DNA of 64,000 nucleotides from Marsupella aquatica (lineage: Eukaryota; Plantae; Marchantiophyta). The notes beneath the pieces were generated by a model, which was not told the DNA's origin, ran no database searches, and saw only the letters and a program-made list of their open reading frames with translations. Of this stretch, positions 1-11,912 are shown in pieces. Made by a program: the position numbers and the translations under genes. The DNA lies in NCBI GenBank assembly GCA_973895155.1, contig OZ316891.1:6873708-6937707 (forward strand), given 5' to 3'. The first letter of the stretch is position 1. Every line of letters starts with the position of its first letter.

Positions 1-2516
1 TCAATCGCAACATTTTCAATCTCAGATAAGTTTGGTAAAGGCGCTTTTCAGCCCTCTTCAGCTGCTACGGATACACGTGGCAATAACTTATCTCATTTAC
101 AAACTGCATCTTCACGCTGTTGTCCTTGTATATGCTCTCGCTGGTCAATGGGCTTCCAGGTGTTATATTATGACAGGACTCAAACTTCTTGAACTATTCA
201 GTTTGTGACAGATGTCTCAATCAGAATGGTCTCTCTCTCAGGTTGTTTGCAAACCATCAGGACGTCCATAACGCTAGTTCATTAACCTCTTGACATCCCC
301 GAGCTAGTTAGGGCTCTGAAGAAACAACAGTTCCTCCCTTATGTCTGTCTGTTTGCAGGTAAAAATACCAGGTGGCTGAGGGAAATAGAGAGTGCCATGC
401 CTATTGTGCCGAGACTAAAAATAGCATATGTGATAGGGCATAACGTTTGGATGAGAGGCTTACAAGGGGATACAAGCTTAGATATGACTATATAATATAT
501 GTGATTACTTGGACAACAAAAGACACTAAAGCAGACAACTTCTCAGATAGTCAATCTCTTATGACGAAATAAATGACAATGGAAAGAAAAAAAACTCCCC
601 TCACCTCCTACATAGTTGCAATGACATATTCCAGAAGTAGAGCCCAGGGACTTCGACCAACAGGAAATCTACCGACCCAAACGCCCCACTACTACTAAAG
701 CAACCCACACCACATATGTTGCACTCACTTCTTGAGACGGAAACTACAAGAAAAACTAACATGCTATCCACCAATTGGCTCTTAGATCATCAACTCTGAA
801 GTGAAGCAGTCCTCATTCAACGTGGACACCTCCACCACAACCTCGAGAGACATACACAGGACCTGAGTTCTACCTCCGAAGCTTCCAAGGCTATATCGAG
901 GACACTATTCACAGTTGACAAAAAAACACTCGGAAAACCAATTTCTATGATAGAGTAGGCAAGGCCCAACACAGATTGCAGACAGGTAGCAAGAAAGGTA
1001 TCTTGGAAAAAACCCTAGACTCCAACAGATGACAACGCCATACAATAATAGATCAAGCATTATTGTCACTCAGACCACAGAAAAGGTTCTCTTGAATGAC
1101 CCCTTCTACTCCAGTAGATATGAACACCAGAAACCCAGCTGAAATGGAAAAAATGGGGGAACGGCACTGGACAGTCCTCGAATCTCTCAAAGGGCGCTCG
1201 CGATGGCCTCCGATCGAGATCCACACCTGGGTTGCAGCCGTCTGATGCGCAGCAACAGATCCGAGAGCAGCACCGACGATCGTAGCTGGAATCGCGGCCA
1301 TCTCCAACAAACACAACAGCAGAGCTCCAACGAAATGATAACAGAGTCGCAACCCCTGCCCTTCTCTGCCTGCCCTGATCTGCTCTGCTCTGATCTGCCC
1401 CACTATTCTTGGCCAAATGGACAGTCTCGTCGCTCGGCTGATTCTCTTGCTACTACTGTAGTGTACGCTAAAAACCTCAGCCCGGCAAGCACATTAGGGC
1501 GTGCAGAAACTGTGTGGTTTGCAAAAACGAGATAATGGAGGGATTGAGATATAATCCAGGATTGGTTTTCACTGACGTCGTGCAAAAACTGTGTAGTCAC
1601 CAAAATCGAGAGAAAGAAGGGATTGGGATTAAATCAAGGATTGGTTTTCACTGATGGGTCACTTTGGTGATGATTTTGTCGTCTCAACCAGCTTCAGGAA
1701 ATTGTACAAACCCCAGAAGTCTGCAAGCTATCTCCTAGGTTGTCTGATCGCAACAAAATTGACAGACAAAAATTCATGTTCTGCACTCACACCGTGAAAG
1801 AGTCCAGGCGGGACCTCAAATCTGAAGATCGACTCAGGTCACGACTCAGGTGAAGGAGAATTCCAGGAGGGTTGTCAACCATAATGGAAATTGGGAGAAA
1901 CTCGACAACCCTACACAAAAACACAGAACTAGCAAATACGCATCAGCAGCTGAGGCGAGAGTCACAAAATGACGGAGGCAGGGCATGAGCAATAACCAAC
2001 CTGACCAGGCTCTGATGTGTCCTACTTCGCTTGCTTCTCTGATCGAGATGAAATTCGACCTGGCACCACTTCTGACCGTGTCCACCAGACGCGCACATTG
2101 CTCGGCGCTCCACGGGCCTAACGATGACGACCACGGACGGCCAATGCAAACAGGACGCTCTCGCGCGACGGGAAAGCGAAATTCCCCGAGTTCCATGACT
2201 CTCACTCCGTCACGGAAAAGTGCAATCCCGTCCTGTCCCTGACGGAATTCCCGTGGGCTCCATCCATCGACGGGTATCCCCTCCTGGGCCAATTTTGACA
2301 CGCCCACTACTCCTGTACCACACTGCCCCTGGTGCTGCAGTAGTAGGTCCGTGACTCGAGGGCCTGTACTAAAAATGTCGATCGATGGATGGATAGAATG
2401 ATCACCCCACTCCCAATTTTAGCTCCATGGAACCCGATTCAGATTCAGGGCGTTTAGATTGTAGATTGTGGATTGATGGATATGGATGAAATAGATTAAC
2501 CTATAAATGTGAGCCA

Positions 2517-2925
2517 GGTTCTGGCTACTGGGAGTGAGAGGATCAGACCTCCATCCCCAGTTGAGTTCCATGGAACCCCATTGGAATTAAGAAAACCCAG
2601 TTTGGCACTCTTGGGTGGGTGACTTAGAGATTTACATTATTTGTGGCTTTGACTGGGTTCCACTTGCTCCCAAGGGTCGCTAGGGTGTGAAAGCAGCCTG
2701 TCCATGGGCTGGACGGGCTGGGTTCTGGCCACTGGGAGTGAGAGGGTCAGACCTCCATTCCCAGTTTTGTGCCACGGAAACCCCATTCATATTGAGAAAA
2801 CCCAATGTGGCACTCTTGGGTGGGTGACTTTGAAATGTACTTGGTGGCTTTGGCTGGGTTCCATTTGCTCCCAAGGGTCCCTATATAGTGTGTGCAAGCA
2901 GCCTGTCCATGGGCTGGACAGGCTG
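2517..2925. repeat. Degenerate tandem duplication, about 203-bp unit, two copies
   Basis: GGTTCTGGC(T/C)ACTGGGAGTGAGAGG..TCAGACCTCCAT...GCTCCCAAGGGTC...AAGCAGCCTGTCCATGGGCTGGAC occurs from about 2517 and again from about 2720. Confidence 0.85.
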
Positions 2926-3328
2926 GGGCCATAACGTGTGTTTTGGTACCCTAAATTTTGATGTGACATCTGCTTGCTGCTAGGTTTGACCTCATCAAAT
3001 CCAGGGAACGTTCCTCACTGGTGGACTGCACTGAGTATTGTATTTAGCATGGCCCACAGTAATTCTGATATTCAGTTTCTTGGCGTGAAGACCTAAACTA
3101 CTGTGGACAACCAGGAGGTTAAGTTAAACTACTATATAATTATCAAGGGCATCGAATCAGGTTGAGCCACATCATTCCCTCTAAAAGTGGCTAAAGTTGG
3201 CTAAATTTGGCTGGGCATGGGTTCGCATATACTTCTAGACCAAAAGGGATCAAAGCAAGTTGAAAACCATATGCTTTGGAATGAAAGTATGGTTGGTAAA
3301 GCATGGGTTGACAGATGCTTCCAGACCA

Positions 3329-3760
3329 ACGTCAAGCCTTTCATGATTTTTCTCTTTGTATATTTGAGTGCATTAATTCTCCATAATTAATGCACCCCTT
3401 TTTTTGAGGAGGGGATTATACAAAACACCATAAATATAGTAAAAGTAAAAATTAAATATAGTTTTACCATACACAAAAAAATTTAAATTTAGTCAAGATC
3501 TCAAGATGATAACCAAATTTTATATGGTGATATGAACAAAATATCTATGAATAGAATCTAATATAACTCAAGAACGTATATTTTTGGCCAATTCCATAGC
3601 AATCACTTCTTGGATGACCTTTTAATCTGAATTTTCTATTTCAGGGATTCATTTTTTCTTGTTTGTTATGAAAAAGTCACTCAAGTTTTTACGTACATTA
3701 ATGTCCTAATTATGGGCATTATATCCCACAATGCCCTCTAACCAGGACATTATCATATTC
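3329..3760. mobile_element. Dispersed AT-rich repeat, family R1, copy 1 (unclassified non-autonomous element)
   Basis: Nearly identical to 15785-16262 (AAGCCTTTCATGA...AACCAGGACATTATC.TATTC). It lacks an internal segment of about 50 bp lying between GGGCATTAT direct repeats. Confidence 0.8.
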
Positions 3761-4269
3761 TAAGGGTATATGTGTGTAGGTGATATGGGTTTTGTGGGTA
3801 GTGGATTGGAGTTCTGATTATCTACTTAGCCCCTGGTTGCCCACTTTGTGGCCCTGATTTAATCATCTCTCCTTCCTGGTGTGAGTCCGTGGAGGATCCA
3901 TTGGGGCTCACCCTGGTTCCCTACAGAAAAAGTGTCACAATGGGGTGGGGGAGTCTGATTGTATTTCCTCCCCATTTCCTTTCAAGACAAAATAAAATAA
4001 AATATGCAGCAAACCGAGAAGCTGACTGTACCGCACAACCGCCCTAACCTGTCCGCTCGACGGCCTCAGAACCCTCATTCGCCTTTGAAAATCCTGCCAA
4101 TGGGAGGCCGCGTAGACCCGCCATACCGCCCTGATTCAAGTCTGCGCACAGGCGCATGCAGACACGTCACCCACCGATGCTACACCTACGTCTCGCGGCC
4201 AGAGTCTGTCGCGTGCCCACTGGCGCCGGCACTTCTCTGGAAGTTGCAGGCCGCATCAGCCCTCCGGCT

Positions 4270-4806
4270 CACTACGTCACTCCTCTCGCTCCTCATCGCT
4301 CCTCACTATTTCAACTAGCAGGTCCGTTTCTTTGTCAAAGTTTGAAAAGTGAGTTCGCACTCCTCTTGCTCCTCGTCGCTCTCACTCGCTCATCATCGAT
4401 CCTCACTATTTTAACTAGCAGGTCCGTTTCTTCATCGAAGTTCAAAAAGAAAGTTCATACTCCTCTCGCTCCTCGTCGCTCCCACTTGCTCATCATTGCT
4501 CCTCTTATTTCAACTTGCAGGTCCGTTTCTTCGTCGAAGTTCAAAAAATTGCTCCTCACTATTTCAACTAGCAGGTCCGTTTCTTTGTTGACGATCGAAA
4601 AGTAAGTTCACACTCCTCTTGCTCCTCATCGCTCCCACTCGCTCATCATCGCTCCTCACTATTTCAACTAGCAGGTCCGTTTCTTCGTTGAAGTTCAAAA
4701 AGAAAGTTCACACTCCTCTTGCTCCTCGTCGCTCCCATTCGCTCATCATTGCTCCTCACTATTTCAACTAGTAGGTCCGTTTCTTCGTCGAAGTTCGAAA
4801 AGAAAG
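4270..4806. repeat. Tandem repeat, about 100-bp unit, 5-6 copies
   Basis: CTCCTCACTATTTCAACTAGCAGGTCCGTTTCTTCGTCGAAGTTCAAAAAGAAAGTTCACACTCCTCTTGCTCCTCGTCGCTC... recurs at about 4299, 4400, 4499, 4552, 4652 and 4752. Confidence 0.9.
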
Positions 4807-5437
4807 TAAGTCAGAGATTTTGAACCTTCTGCAACGTTGAGGAGGTGCACCCGAGTTTTAACCTTCTGCGTTTGCACATCCTTGCTCTGCTTCAATTGTC
4901 GGGGGAGTTATGTTTCAATGAATTAATGATTCGAATGCGGATCAAAGTCTTTTAGGGATTATAGTTCAACGGGTTGACAAGAACCAAGGGAATCCGTCCT
5001 TCGTATTGAGGGTTCGTGTTCATGGGATCTCTTCCTCTTTGCCATGTCTATGAAGGGCTTGCTTGCTTGACTGCGCTTTACTCGTCTCCTTCTCTACCAA
5101 TGACTAATTTATCATGTTTCCTTCAGTCCTCGTGTGCTGGTGATTGCAATTGTGATGTTTCCTCGATCCTTTGTTTGGCCGTTTTCACATTTCATTTTTG
5201 TGCTTTGTTCTCTCATTACCCGATATCCCTCAGCAATCTGAGTATTGTCATCCCAGATGCCTTTTCGGTACTGTCAAGCGTTTATCTTGCCTTGAAAGTT
5301 TGGGTGATAAAATGGAAGTTCTGGTTATCATGTCGGTCACATACATGTGTAGGCCTTTCCAGTTAGCCATTAAAGCTATGTGGGTTTTAATCATTGAACT
5401 TAAGAAACGTACCTGCTTGCGTACATATGAAGTGTAG

Positions 5438-5535
5438 GGTAACCCATCCCCAAGAGGGGGTAATGGTATGTAATCCCAGAGGGCGCTGAGCCCAAGGGGG
5501 TTACATCCATTATCCCCAAGTGGGGATGAGTTACC
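5438..5535. repeat. About 98-bp imperfect palindrome (fold-back)
   Basis: Left arm GGTAACCCATCCCC-AAGA-GGGGGTAATGG-TATGTAATCC pairs with right arm GGTTACAT-CCATTATCCCC-AAGT-GGGGATGAGTTACC. Confidence 0.75.
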
Positions 5536-6480
5536 GAGCATAAAGCCTGAGTGAATTTTTACTCAACATTCAGTTCAGTTTTAAACAGTAAAAGTGTGAT
5601 CCGTCACTATCTGCTAGTTGCACTTACCCTATTTCTCATTCAAATTTCATAATCCCCAGGCCAGGCTAGCCCAGGGATTCCGTGTCTTCACCTGGGGGTA
5701 ATGCCTCATAACCTAGTACACATATACAAAGAAAAAATTCACGAGGGGTTTACGATTGAATTAATTGGTTCTGACCCATACTATGGAAATGTTTGTAAGT
5801 GGGATATATTTGTAGTTTCCATGCAAAGAAGCTTATGATTATAACTTGAAAATAAACATAGAATTAAGAATGTTGATTCACTTATATATGTTGAGACTGT
5901 AATGACAATGTATATGATTTTTTTGATCTTAGGAAAGAGATGGAGGAACTGAGCAAGACAGTGCTTGATGGGAAAATGCGGCTACAAAATGTAGCAAATC
6001 TGGGCAGACAGATCTAGGAAAGCTAGAACTGAATTCCTTATATGTGAAGGAGCTTGTTATGGTTGTGAACTCGGGGGGTTAACTAAGTATATATTTTGGG
6101 GTACCACGTGCGATCCTAGCCTAATATAAATAGACCTATTTTATAAAGAAAATATTTTCTATTTTCAATATTAATAACCTATTTTATTTTATAAAAAGTA
6201 TATATTAGAGAATATTCTATAAACATCCTAAAGTATAATACACAGTTGCGCCACTTTTTAGAGTGGTCGTCATTTAAATTTGAAGGGCATAAAAATTTAA
6301 AAATGTGATCAAAGGTAAGTAATAAAATCAAAATGTGGATTGAGTTTAGTGTGACACAAAAAGTTACACCATTGTCCAAGACAAGCCAAATAATCACACG
6401 AGACACCCCAAAAAGTGAAAGACTTTAATTAATGCATGACAATCAATGCACGAGGATCAAGGAGGATACTCCCTCCAGGC

Positions 6481-7012
6481 CCCGGTTTAACCTGACGGGC
6501 AAGTTGACGGCTTGCCGGGCACGTCAAATGACGGCTCAAAAATGACCAATTTAACGGATATTCCACAATATTCTCCCGAACTCACCCGGACTCCCCCGGA
6601 CCCTTCCCGGACTCCCCCAGACCCGAACCCGGACTCCCCCGGACCCCGGTTCGGGGTGGCAGCCAGCCGGGGCCGGGTCTGGGGTCGGGGCTGGGGAAGG
6701 AGGGCGGGGTTTAGAGTCCCGGACTCCCCCGGACCCAAACCCGGACCCTTCCCGAACTCCCCCGAACTCCCCCGACCTACCCTGAACTCCCGGTCCCCCG
6801 AACCTCGCCCGAACTCCCCCGAACCCGGCCCAGACTCCCCCTCACCCGAACTCCCCCTCGCCCGAACTCCCCCGACCTCCCCCAAACCTTGCCCGAACCC
6901 GGCCCGAATGTCTCCCGAACTTGTCCCGGCCCGGACTGCTCCCGAACCCGGGTGCCGGGTTGCCGATTTGCCGACAATTTTTGGCCAGTTTGACGAGCAA
7001 GGTCAAACCGGG
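6481..7012. mobile_element. GC-rich non-autonomous TIR element (hAT-like with 8-bp TSD, or MULE-like with 9-bp TSD) nested in the Helitron
   Basis: TIRs CCCGGTTTAACC / GGTCAAACCGGG (one mismatch). Flanked by CTCCAGGC at 6473-6480 and 7013-7020. Interior is rich in CCCGAACTCCCC/CCCGGACTCCCC motifs. Confidence 0.85.
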
Positions 7013-7879
7013 CTCCAGGCCTCCATGATCCGTATTGTACATACTTAGAGTATTCTACATATTCAATATTATGTGCAACATAGTTTTGTATAATAGTGAT
7101 AAGAGGAGTTTAATTGCTAATAATATTTTAGTCACTTGATAAATAAATAATTGTTCTCCCAATATTTGTGGTGATTTTTAGAGTCATTTGCACTATCATT
7201 TTCAATGCCAAAAAACAAAGTAATAAGGCCCAAAGACATAGTGAAACGCATGACACAGACGTTGATGGAAAGTTGTCGGGCGAGGGGCACACTTGCAATG
7301 TAAGGCAGCCCCTCGAAGTGCTCCAGTCGCGCACGGGTGGGGAGGGAGGGGGCGGCGAGCGAGTGGAGTGATGGTGAAATGGGGAAAAGGGGGAGGTTAA
7401 GGTTTAAAAGGAACATAAGAGGAAAACAAGTTTAAAAGGGGGAAAAAACACCTCTCATTTTGTTACACTTTTGTGGTTGTCATAGCCAGTGGTTTGTGCA
7501 ATGACGTCTTTTATTCAAAGAATTTTTTTGTGCAAGGAGAAAAAAGAAAAAGGGAACTTTTGTGGCTGCCGTGGCCAGTATTTTGCACAATGATATCTTT
7601 CATTCAACAAAACGTTTTGTGCAATTTTTTATTCAATGATATCTTTTGCACCATGAGCTATTTCTCAACAACATCTTTAACCAAACAACATCTTTTATGC
7701 AACGCACGGGGATTGAAAGGATAGCGATAAAATGGTCATCTTTGCTAAACCCTAAAACCTTAAACCTGAAACCAATAATATAACATTGCGCCAATGTATA
7801 GAGTGGTCGCCATTCAAATGCAAGGGCATTTTGGGTAAAATACAAACAAAGAAAAAGACTTGCTCCTTCTCTCCTTGAC

Positions 7880-8550
7880 TTTTTACTTCATAACATCTTT
7901 CACATAATGACAACTTGGATGAAACGACACATTTTTTTTCTTTATAACATCTTTTACTTCACAATATCTTTGGCAAAATGACACATTTTTCTTATCAACA
8001 TCTTTCACATAATGGCATCTTTGGCAAAATGACTTCAAGGACATCTTTTGTGCAATGCACGGGTATTTTCCCTCAACGATGTCTTGGCTGACATGACATC
8101 TTTTCCCTCAATGATGTCTTTGCTGACACGACATATTTTTTCTCAACGACATCTTGGCCGACATGACAATTGTTTTCTTGACAACATCTTGGCCAACATG
8201 ACATCTTCTTTCTCAACGACCTCTTGACCGACATGACAAATTTTTTCCTCAATGACTTCTTTTCTCTTAACGACCTCTTGGCCATCTTTTTTTCTCAACG
8301 ACTTCTTTTCTCTCAACGACCTCTTGGCCGACACAACATCTTTTCTCTCCATGACCTCTTGGCCGACACTACATCTTTTTTCTCCACGACCTCTTGGCCG
8401 ACACTACATCTTTTCTCTCCATGACCTCTTGGCCAACACAACATCTTTTTCTCTCCACAACCTCTTGGCTGACACTACATCTTTTCTCTCAACGACCTCT
8501 TTGGCCGACACGACATCTTTTTTTCTCGACATCTTGGCCGACATGACTTC
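7880..8550. repeat. Degenerate minisatellite (about 20-37-bp units) inside the Helitron
   Basis: Repeated ACGACCTCTTGGCCGACAC(T/A)ACATCTTTTTTCTC-type units. This explains the low-complexity ORFs at 8073-8590. Confidence 0.85.
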
Positions 8551-8695
8551 TTTTGTGCAACACACGGGTATTGAGCTAGTGAGTTTATAATACCTTCTTT
8601 TGCCTCCTACACTTTTTAAAATTTTAATTAATTTCTATCAAAAATACATATTTTGGATCGCATGTGGTTTCTAAGATTTTTGATAGTCAACCCCC

Positions 8696-10021
8696 CGAGG
8701 TTGTGAAGGGGCTGGTTGCTGAAAAAGAGACAAGTGGGCAAAACTTGGAGGAGAGTATACATCAGGCTGAGACTGAGGAGGTGGAGGTGGAGCAGATCCG
8801 TTCATCAAATAGACTGAAACAATATTTATCTGATGATTACATTTGTTTGTTATCTCATTCCACATACAGCGTCTTCGAGCATATGGAACTCGCTCTGCTT
8901 GCTGATAACAACTTGCTGAACCTAGATACCTCGCCCACTTTATTGTCTGGTTTTTTACAACAATATTTTTCTACTTCTGTAGTAGAACGGGTCCTTGCTA
9001 AGTATAAGGACTTACGGGACTCAATTTTGGGAGTACAATATTTTTTACGTGGTGGTTTTGGATTGCTAGCACTGAGGACTATGGAGAGCATTATCAACGA
9101 TGAGGTACATACAGGTACAAAGGAACAGAGTGGAAATGCGAGTCAGTGTGGAAGTGCAAGCTGTGGCAGAGAGTCCAGTGCCGATGACAGAGTACATAGA
9201 CTACATGAAATAGTTCAAGTCTGATCAAGAAAAAGACAAGATTCTAGGAGAGGGTGAGGTAGAGGATTAGGCGGCTATGGAAGAGGTTCTGGAGGTTTTG
9301 GAGGTCCTGGTGGTCCGGGTGGGGATGTTGTGACACCGACATTTTTGTGGGGGTACATATAACAGATGTTCATTTGCTGGCTTTTTTAACCCCACCCAAG
9401 GGAGGAGTGCACCGCAGTAGCACCATCAGAAACAGGTCCATGTTGTTTGCCAAAGCAGCAATACTACTAGAGCAGTGGACATTGTACAATCCTCTACGCA
9501 GTGTGCCTTCACATGTGCATTTGTTTCATGGTATGAGGAGTTCATCATGGCAAAGTTTCACGAGGAAGGGGATATGTCCTTTTTATCACAGAAATGAATT
9601 TCACATTGAAAAGTCATTTTATCTTACCAATTCTCTAGTCCATGCTTTTGAGCATCCCCTTCATGTTCATCCAGGCAAGCTGAGCAATGATACTATCAGT
9701 GTCCTGGATTTTTCAGTGCCCATTTCAGTTTTGCATGGAGAGGATTATGACACTTCCTTTAAGGTTGCTTGGTTTGAAGAATCTGACACAAGGTGGAAGG
9801 AATTTTGTGAAAGCAATTTCTTTCATCCAAACGATGCCATTGTACATGAGTTTGATGTGGTGATAGGCCCTAGTTGTGTTCCACGTGGAGTTGGGACTGG
9901 AATTGAGGCTCTTGCTATTGGAGGCCGAATATTGACACAAATTTGCTTTGCTTCACTGAGGTTGAGGACTTGGCTCCATGATTATGCTGTGTGTCTATTA
10001 CGAGAAGTTCGTGATACTTGA
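8696..10021 (+). pseudogene. Degraded gene with a C-terminal DUF3990-like (ADP-ribosyltransferase-fold) domain
   Basis: ORFs 8664-9224 and 9347-10021 are joined by a same-frame linker (SRKRQDSRRG*GRGLGGYGRGSGGFGGPGGPGG) with two TGA stops and a frameshift in the T-run at 9342-9346. Motifs in order: LFHG, EF..xxFYLT, W.EF..N, FDVVIGP, QICF, which match the DUF3990/HYx-ART pattern. The 5' end is interrupted by MITE M1. Confidence 0.6.
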
Positions 10022-10168
10022 GGTAATCAAGCTATCATTTTCTAGTTTACATTGTACTGTGACCTGACAATGACTTAGACGTTTTGGAATGAATTTCTAA
10101 CTGTGGAATTTCGAGTGTTATTTTCTCATGTTAACTTTTTGTCCTTGTAACTCCCACAATGGATCTCA

Positions 10169-10446
10169 GGGGGTTAACTAAGTGTATATTTTGGGGTACC
10201 ACGTGCGATCCTAGCATAATATAAATAGACCTATTTTATTAAGAAAATATTCCAAAAATATTCTCCATTTCAATATTAATAACCTATTTTACTTTACAAA
10301 AGGTGTATATTAGATAATATTCTATAAACATAAGTTTATAATACCTTCTTTTGCCTCTTACGCTTTTTAAAATTTTAGTTAATTTCTAGCAAAAATATCT
10401 ATTTTGGATCGCACGTGGTTCCTAAGATTTTTGATAGTCAACCCCC
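10169..10446. mobile_element. MITE family M1, intact 278-bp copy
   Basis: TIRs GGGGGTTAACTA/TAGTCAACCCCC plus subterminal inverted GGTACCACGTGCGATCC/GGATCGCACGTGGTTCC. AT-rich core. Confidence 0.9.
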
Positions 10447-11165
10447 TAAGCAATGGATGTAGGTAATCTTGTTGCAACCCTCATTCTTTTGCATCCACAT
10501 TTTGCAAGTGGAGCATTGTAACACAAAGTTTTCCTACAACTTAGCAGCAACAAACTACATTTTTTTGGATACTAGGGGCCCAAAGTTTCCCTACAGCTTC
10601 ACCGTCACATACACGAGTAGAATAATCAGAGGTGGTCAATAAGGGACAATGTCATTTTTTGCAAATATTTACTCAATGATGAATTTTTACGAGATAGAAT
10701 ATATATTTCCCGTCTCCCATTTGCATAGATTCTACCATAGGTTGGGACTTGGGATGCATATAGGGACTCAAAAAGTCACAATTTCAACTTTCGGTCTGGG
10801 AGGGTGTGACGGGTACCCCGTCACGGGAAGTCACACATAACTGGTTGCAAAGGCCGATACCTTGTTAATAGTCAATGTAAATAAGCCATTTTTTAATTTT
10901 TAGTTAATTCCGTCATTATAGGTTGATGATGCCCCAGGTGACTTTATATTCTTTCTCTCATAATAGTTCTAAGATTTGCGGCGACCTAAGTGGGCAAATA
11001 TTTTGGGACCTTGAAACTAGCCAGGACCAGCCCCATAGGACTTACCGTTTTGCTTCAAGAGCTATTGTTGAGACCCCCATTGCAAAGTCAGGAGAGGGGG
11101 GGGTTTTTTTAAATAAATCCCTCCTCAGGAGGGCGAGTCCCATTAGTGGCCGTCCGAGAGAAAGA

Positions 11166-11488
11166 GGGGCTGCCTCGCGAGCCCATAGGGCTGCGTGCCC
11201 GGGCGATTAATGGGGCTCCGCGAGCTGAAGGGGCTGCCTCGCGAGCCCATAGGGCTGCGTGCCCGGGCAATTAATGAGGCTCCGCGAGCTGAAGGAGCGC
11301 AAGCGAGCGGGGGGGGGGAGTTAAAGGGCCTCCCGCGAGCTGGGAGGATCACGCGAGCGGGGGGGAGTTAAAGGGCCTCCCGCGAGCTGGGAGGATCACG
11401 CGAGCGGGGGGGAGTTAAAGGGCCTCCCGCGAGCTGGGAGGATCACGCGAGCGGGGGGGAGTTGAAGGGCCTCCCGCGAGCCGGGAGG
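11166..11488. repeat. GC-rich tandem repeats in the solo-LTR-like element (64-bp unit x2, about 47-bp unit x4)
   Basis: GGGGCTGCCTCGCGAGCCCATAGGGCTGCG... at 11166 and 11230. CGCGAGCGGGGGGGAGTTAAAGGGCCTCCCGCGAGCTGGGAGGATCA repeats over about 11303-11488. Confidence 0.9.
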
Positions 11489-11912
11489 AATGGCCGCGCG
11501 CCCTGCATAGGGCCGCGCGTAGGAGGACGCAAGGGTAAGGCCCGAGAAATGGGCCGGGGCGCATGGCGAAGGCGCCAGGAGTTTTTTCGGTTCTATTTTT
11601 TTTTCCTTCCTTTTTCTTTCCCTCTTCCTTTTGCACGACCCTCTCATTGCCGAAAGCAAAAACGGGGTTCTTCTCTCTCTTGCCGGAAGCTCTCTCCAGA
11701 TTCTAATTATTTTTGAAGCTCTCTCTTTCATGGTGGATTAGTGGGGCTTGCTGGCGTCATTCTTCCAGGCATTAGTGGCGGCCGCACGGAGTAGTGACGG
11801 GAAATTGAGAGAATTTAAGTGATCGGGCTACGGGGGCTGTTTCGGGCCAGGGAATTGACATTGCCACGGGTGACGGGATTGGTGATTGAGAAATTGATTT
11901 CGGGATGCATGG

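Larger units (their letters stand above)
6226..8579 (+). mobile_element. Non-autonomous Helitron
   Basis: Begins TC and ends CTAG. Inserted between A and T of the MITE (AAACA|TGAGTTT; empty copy AAACA|TAAGTTT) without a TSD. The 3' end GTGCAACACACGGG...CTAG resembles the canonical plant Helitron hairpin end. Confidence 0.88.
6074..8695. mobile_element. MITE family M1 copy, split by a Helitron insertion
   Basis: 6074-6225 and 8580-8695 match the two halves of the intact 278-bp copy at 10169-10446. TIRs are GGGGGTTAACTA...TAGTCAACCCCC. Confidence 0.9.

Noticed and set aside
1-2330. Short ORFs and possible LINE or 5'-UTR remnants
   Set aside because: No recognisable motif, splice model or boundaries could be supported.
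6487-7048. Pro/Gly-rich ORFs (178 aa and 132 aa) resembling extensin or collagen
   Set aside because: They lie within a TIR/TSD-bounded GC-rich repeat and are by-products of low complexity.
8073-8590. Several repetitive ORFs
   Set aside because: They are translations of the Helitron minisatellite.
8664-8695. Predicted start of the 186-aa ORF
   Set aside because: The first codons come from the MITE's right TIR. The real 5' part lies before 6074.
6074-10446. M1 copies as ends of a composite transposon carrying the ART-like gene
   Set aside because: The left copy appears to interrupt the gene, and each copy has its own complete TIR pair, so independent insertions are simpler.
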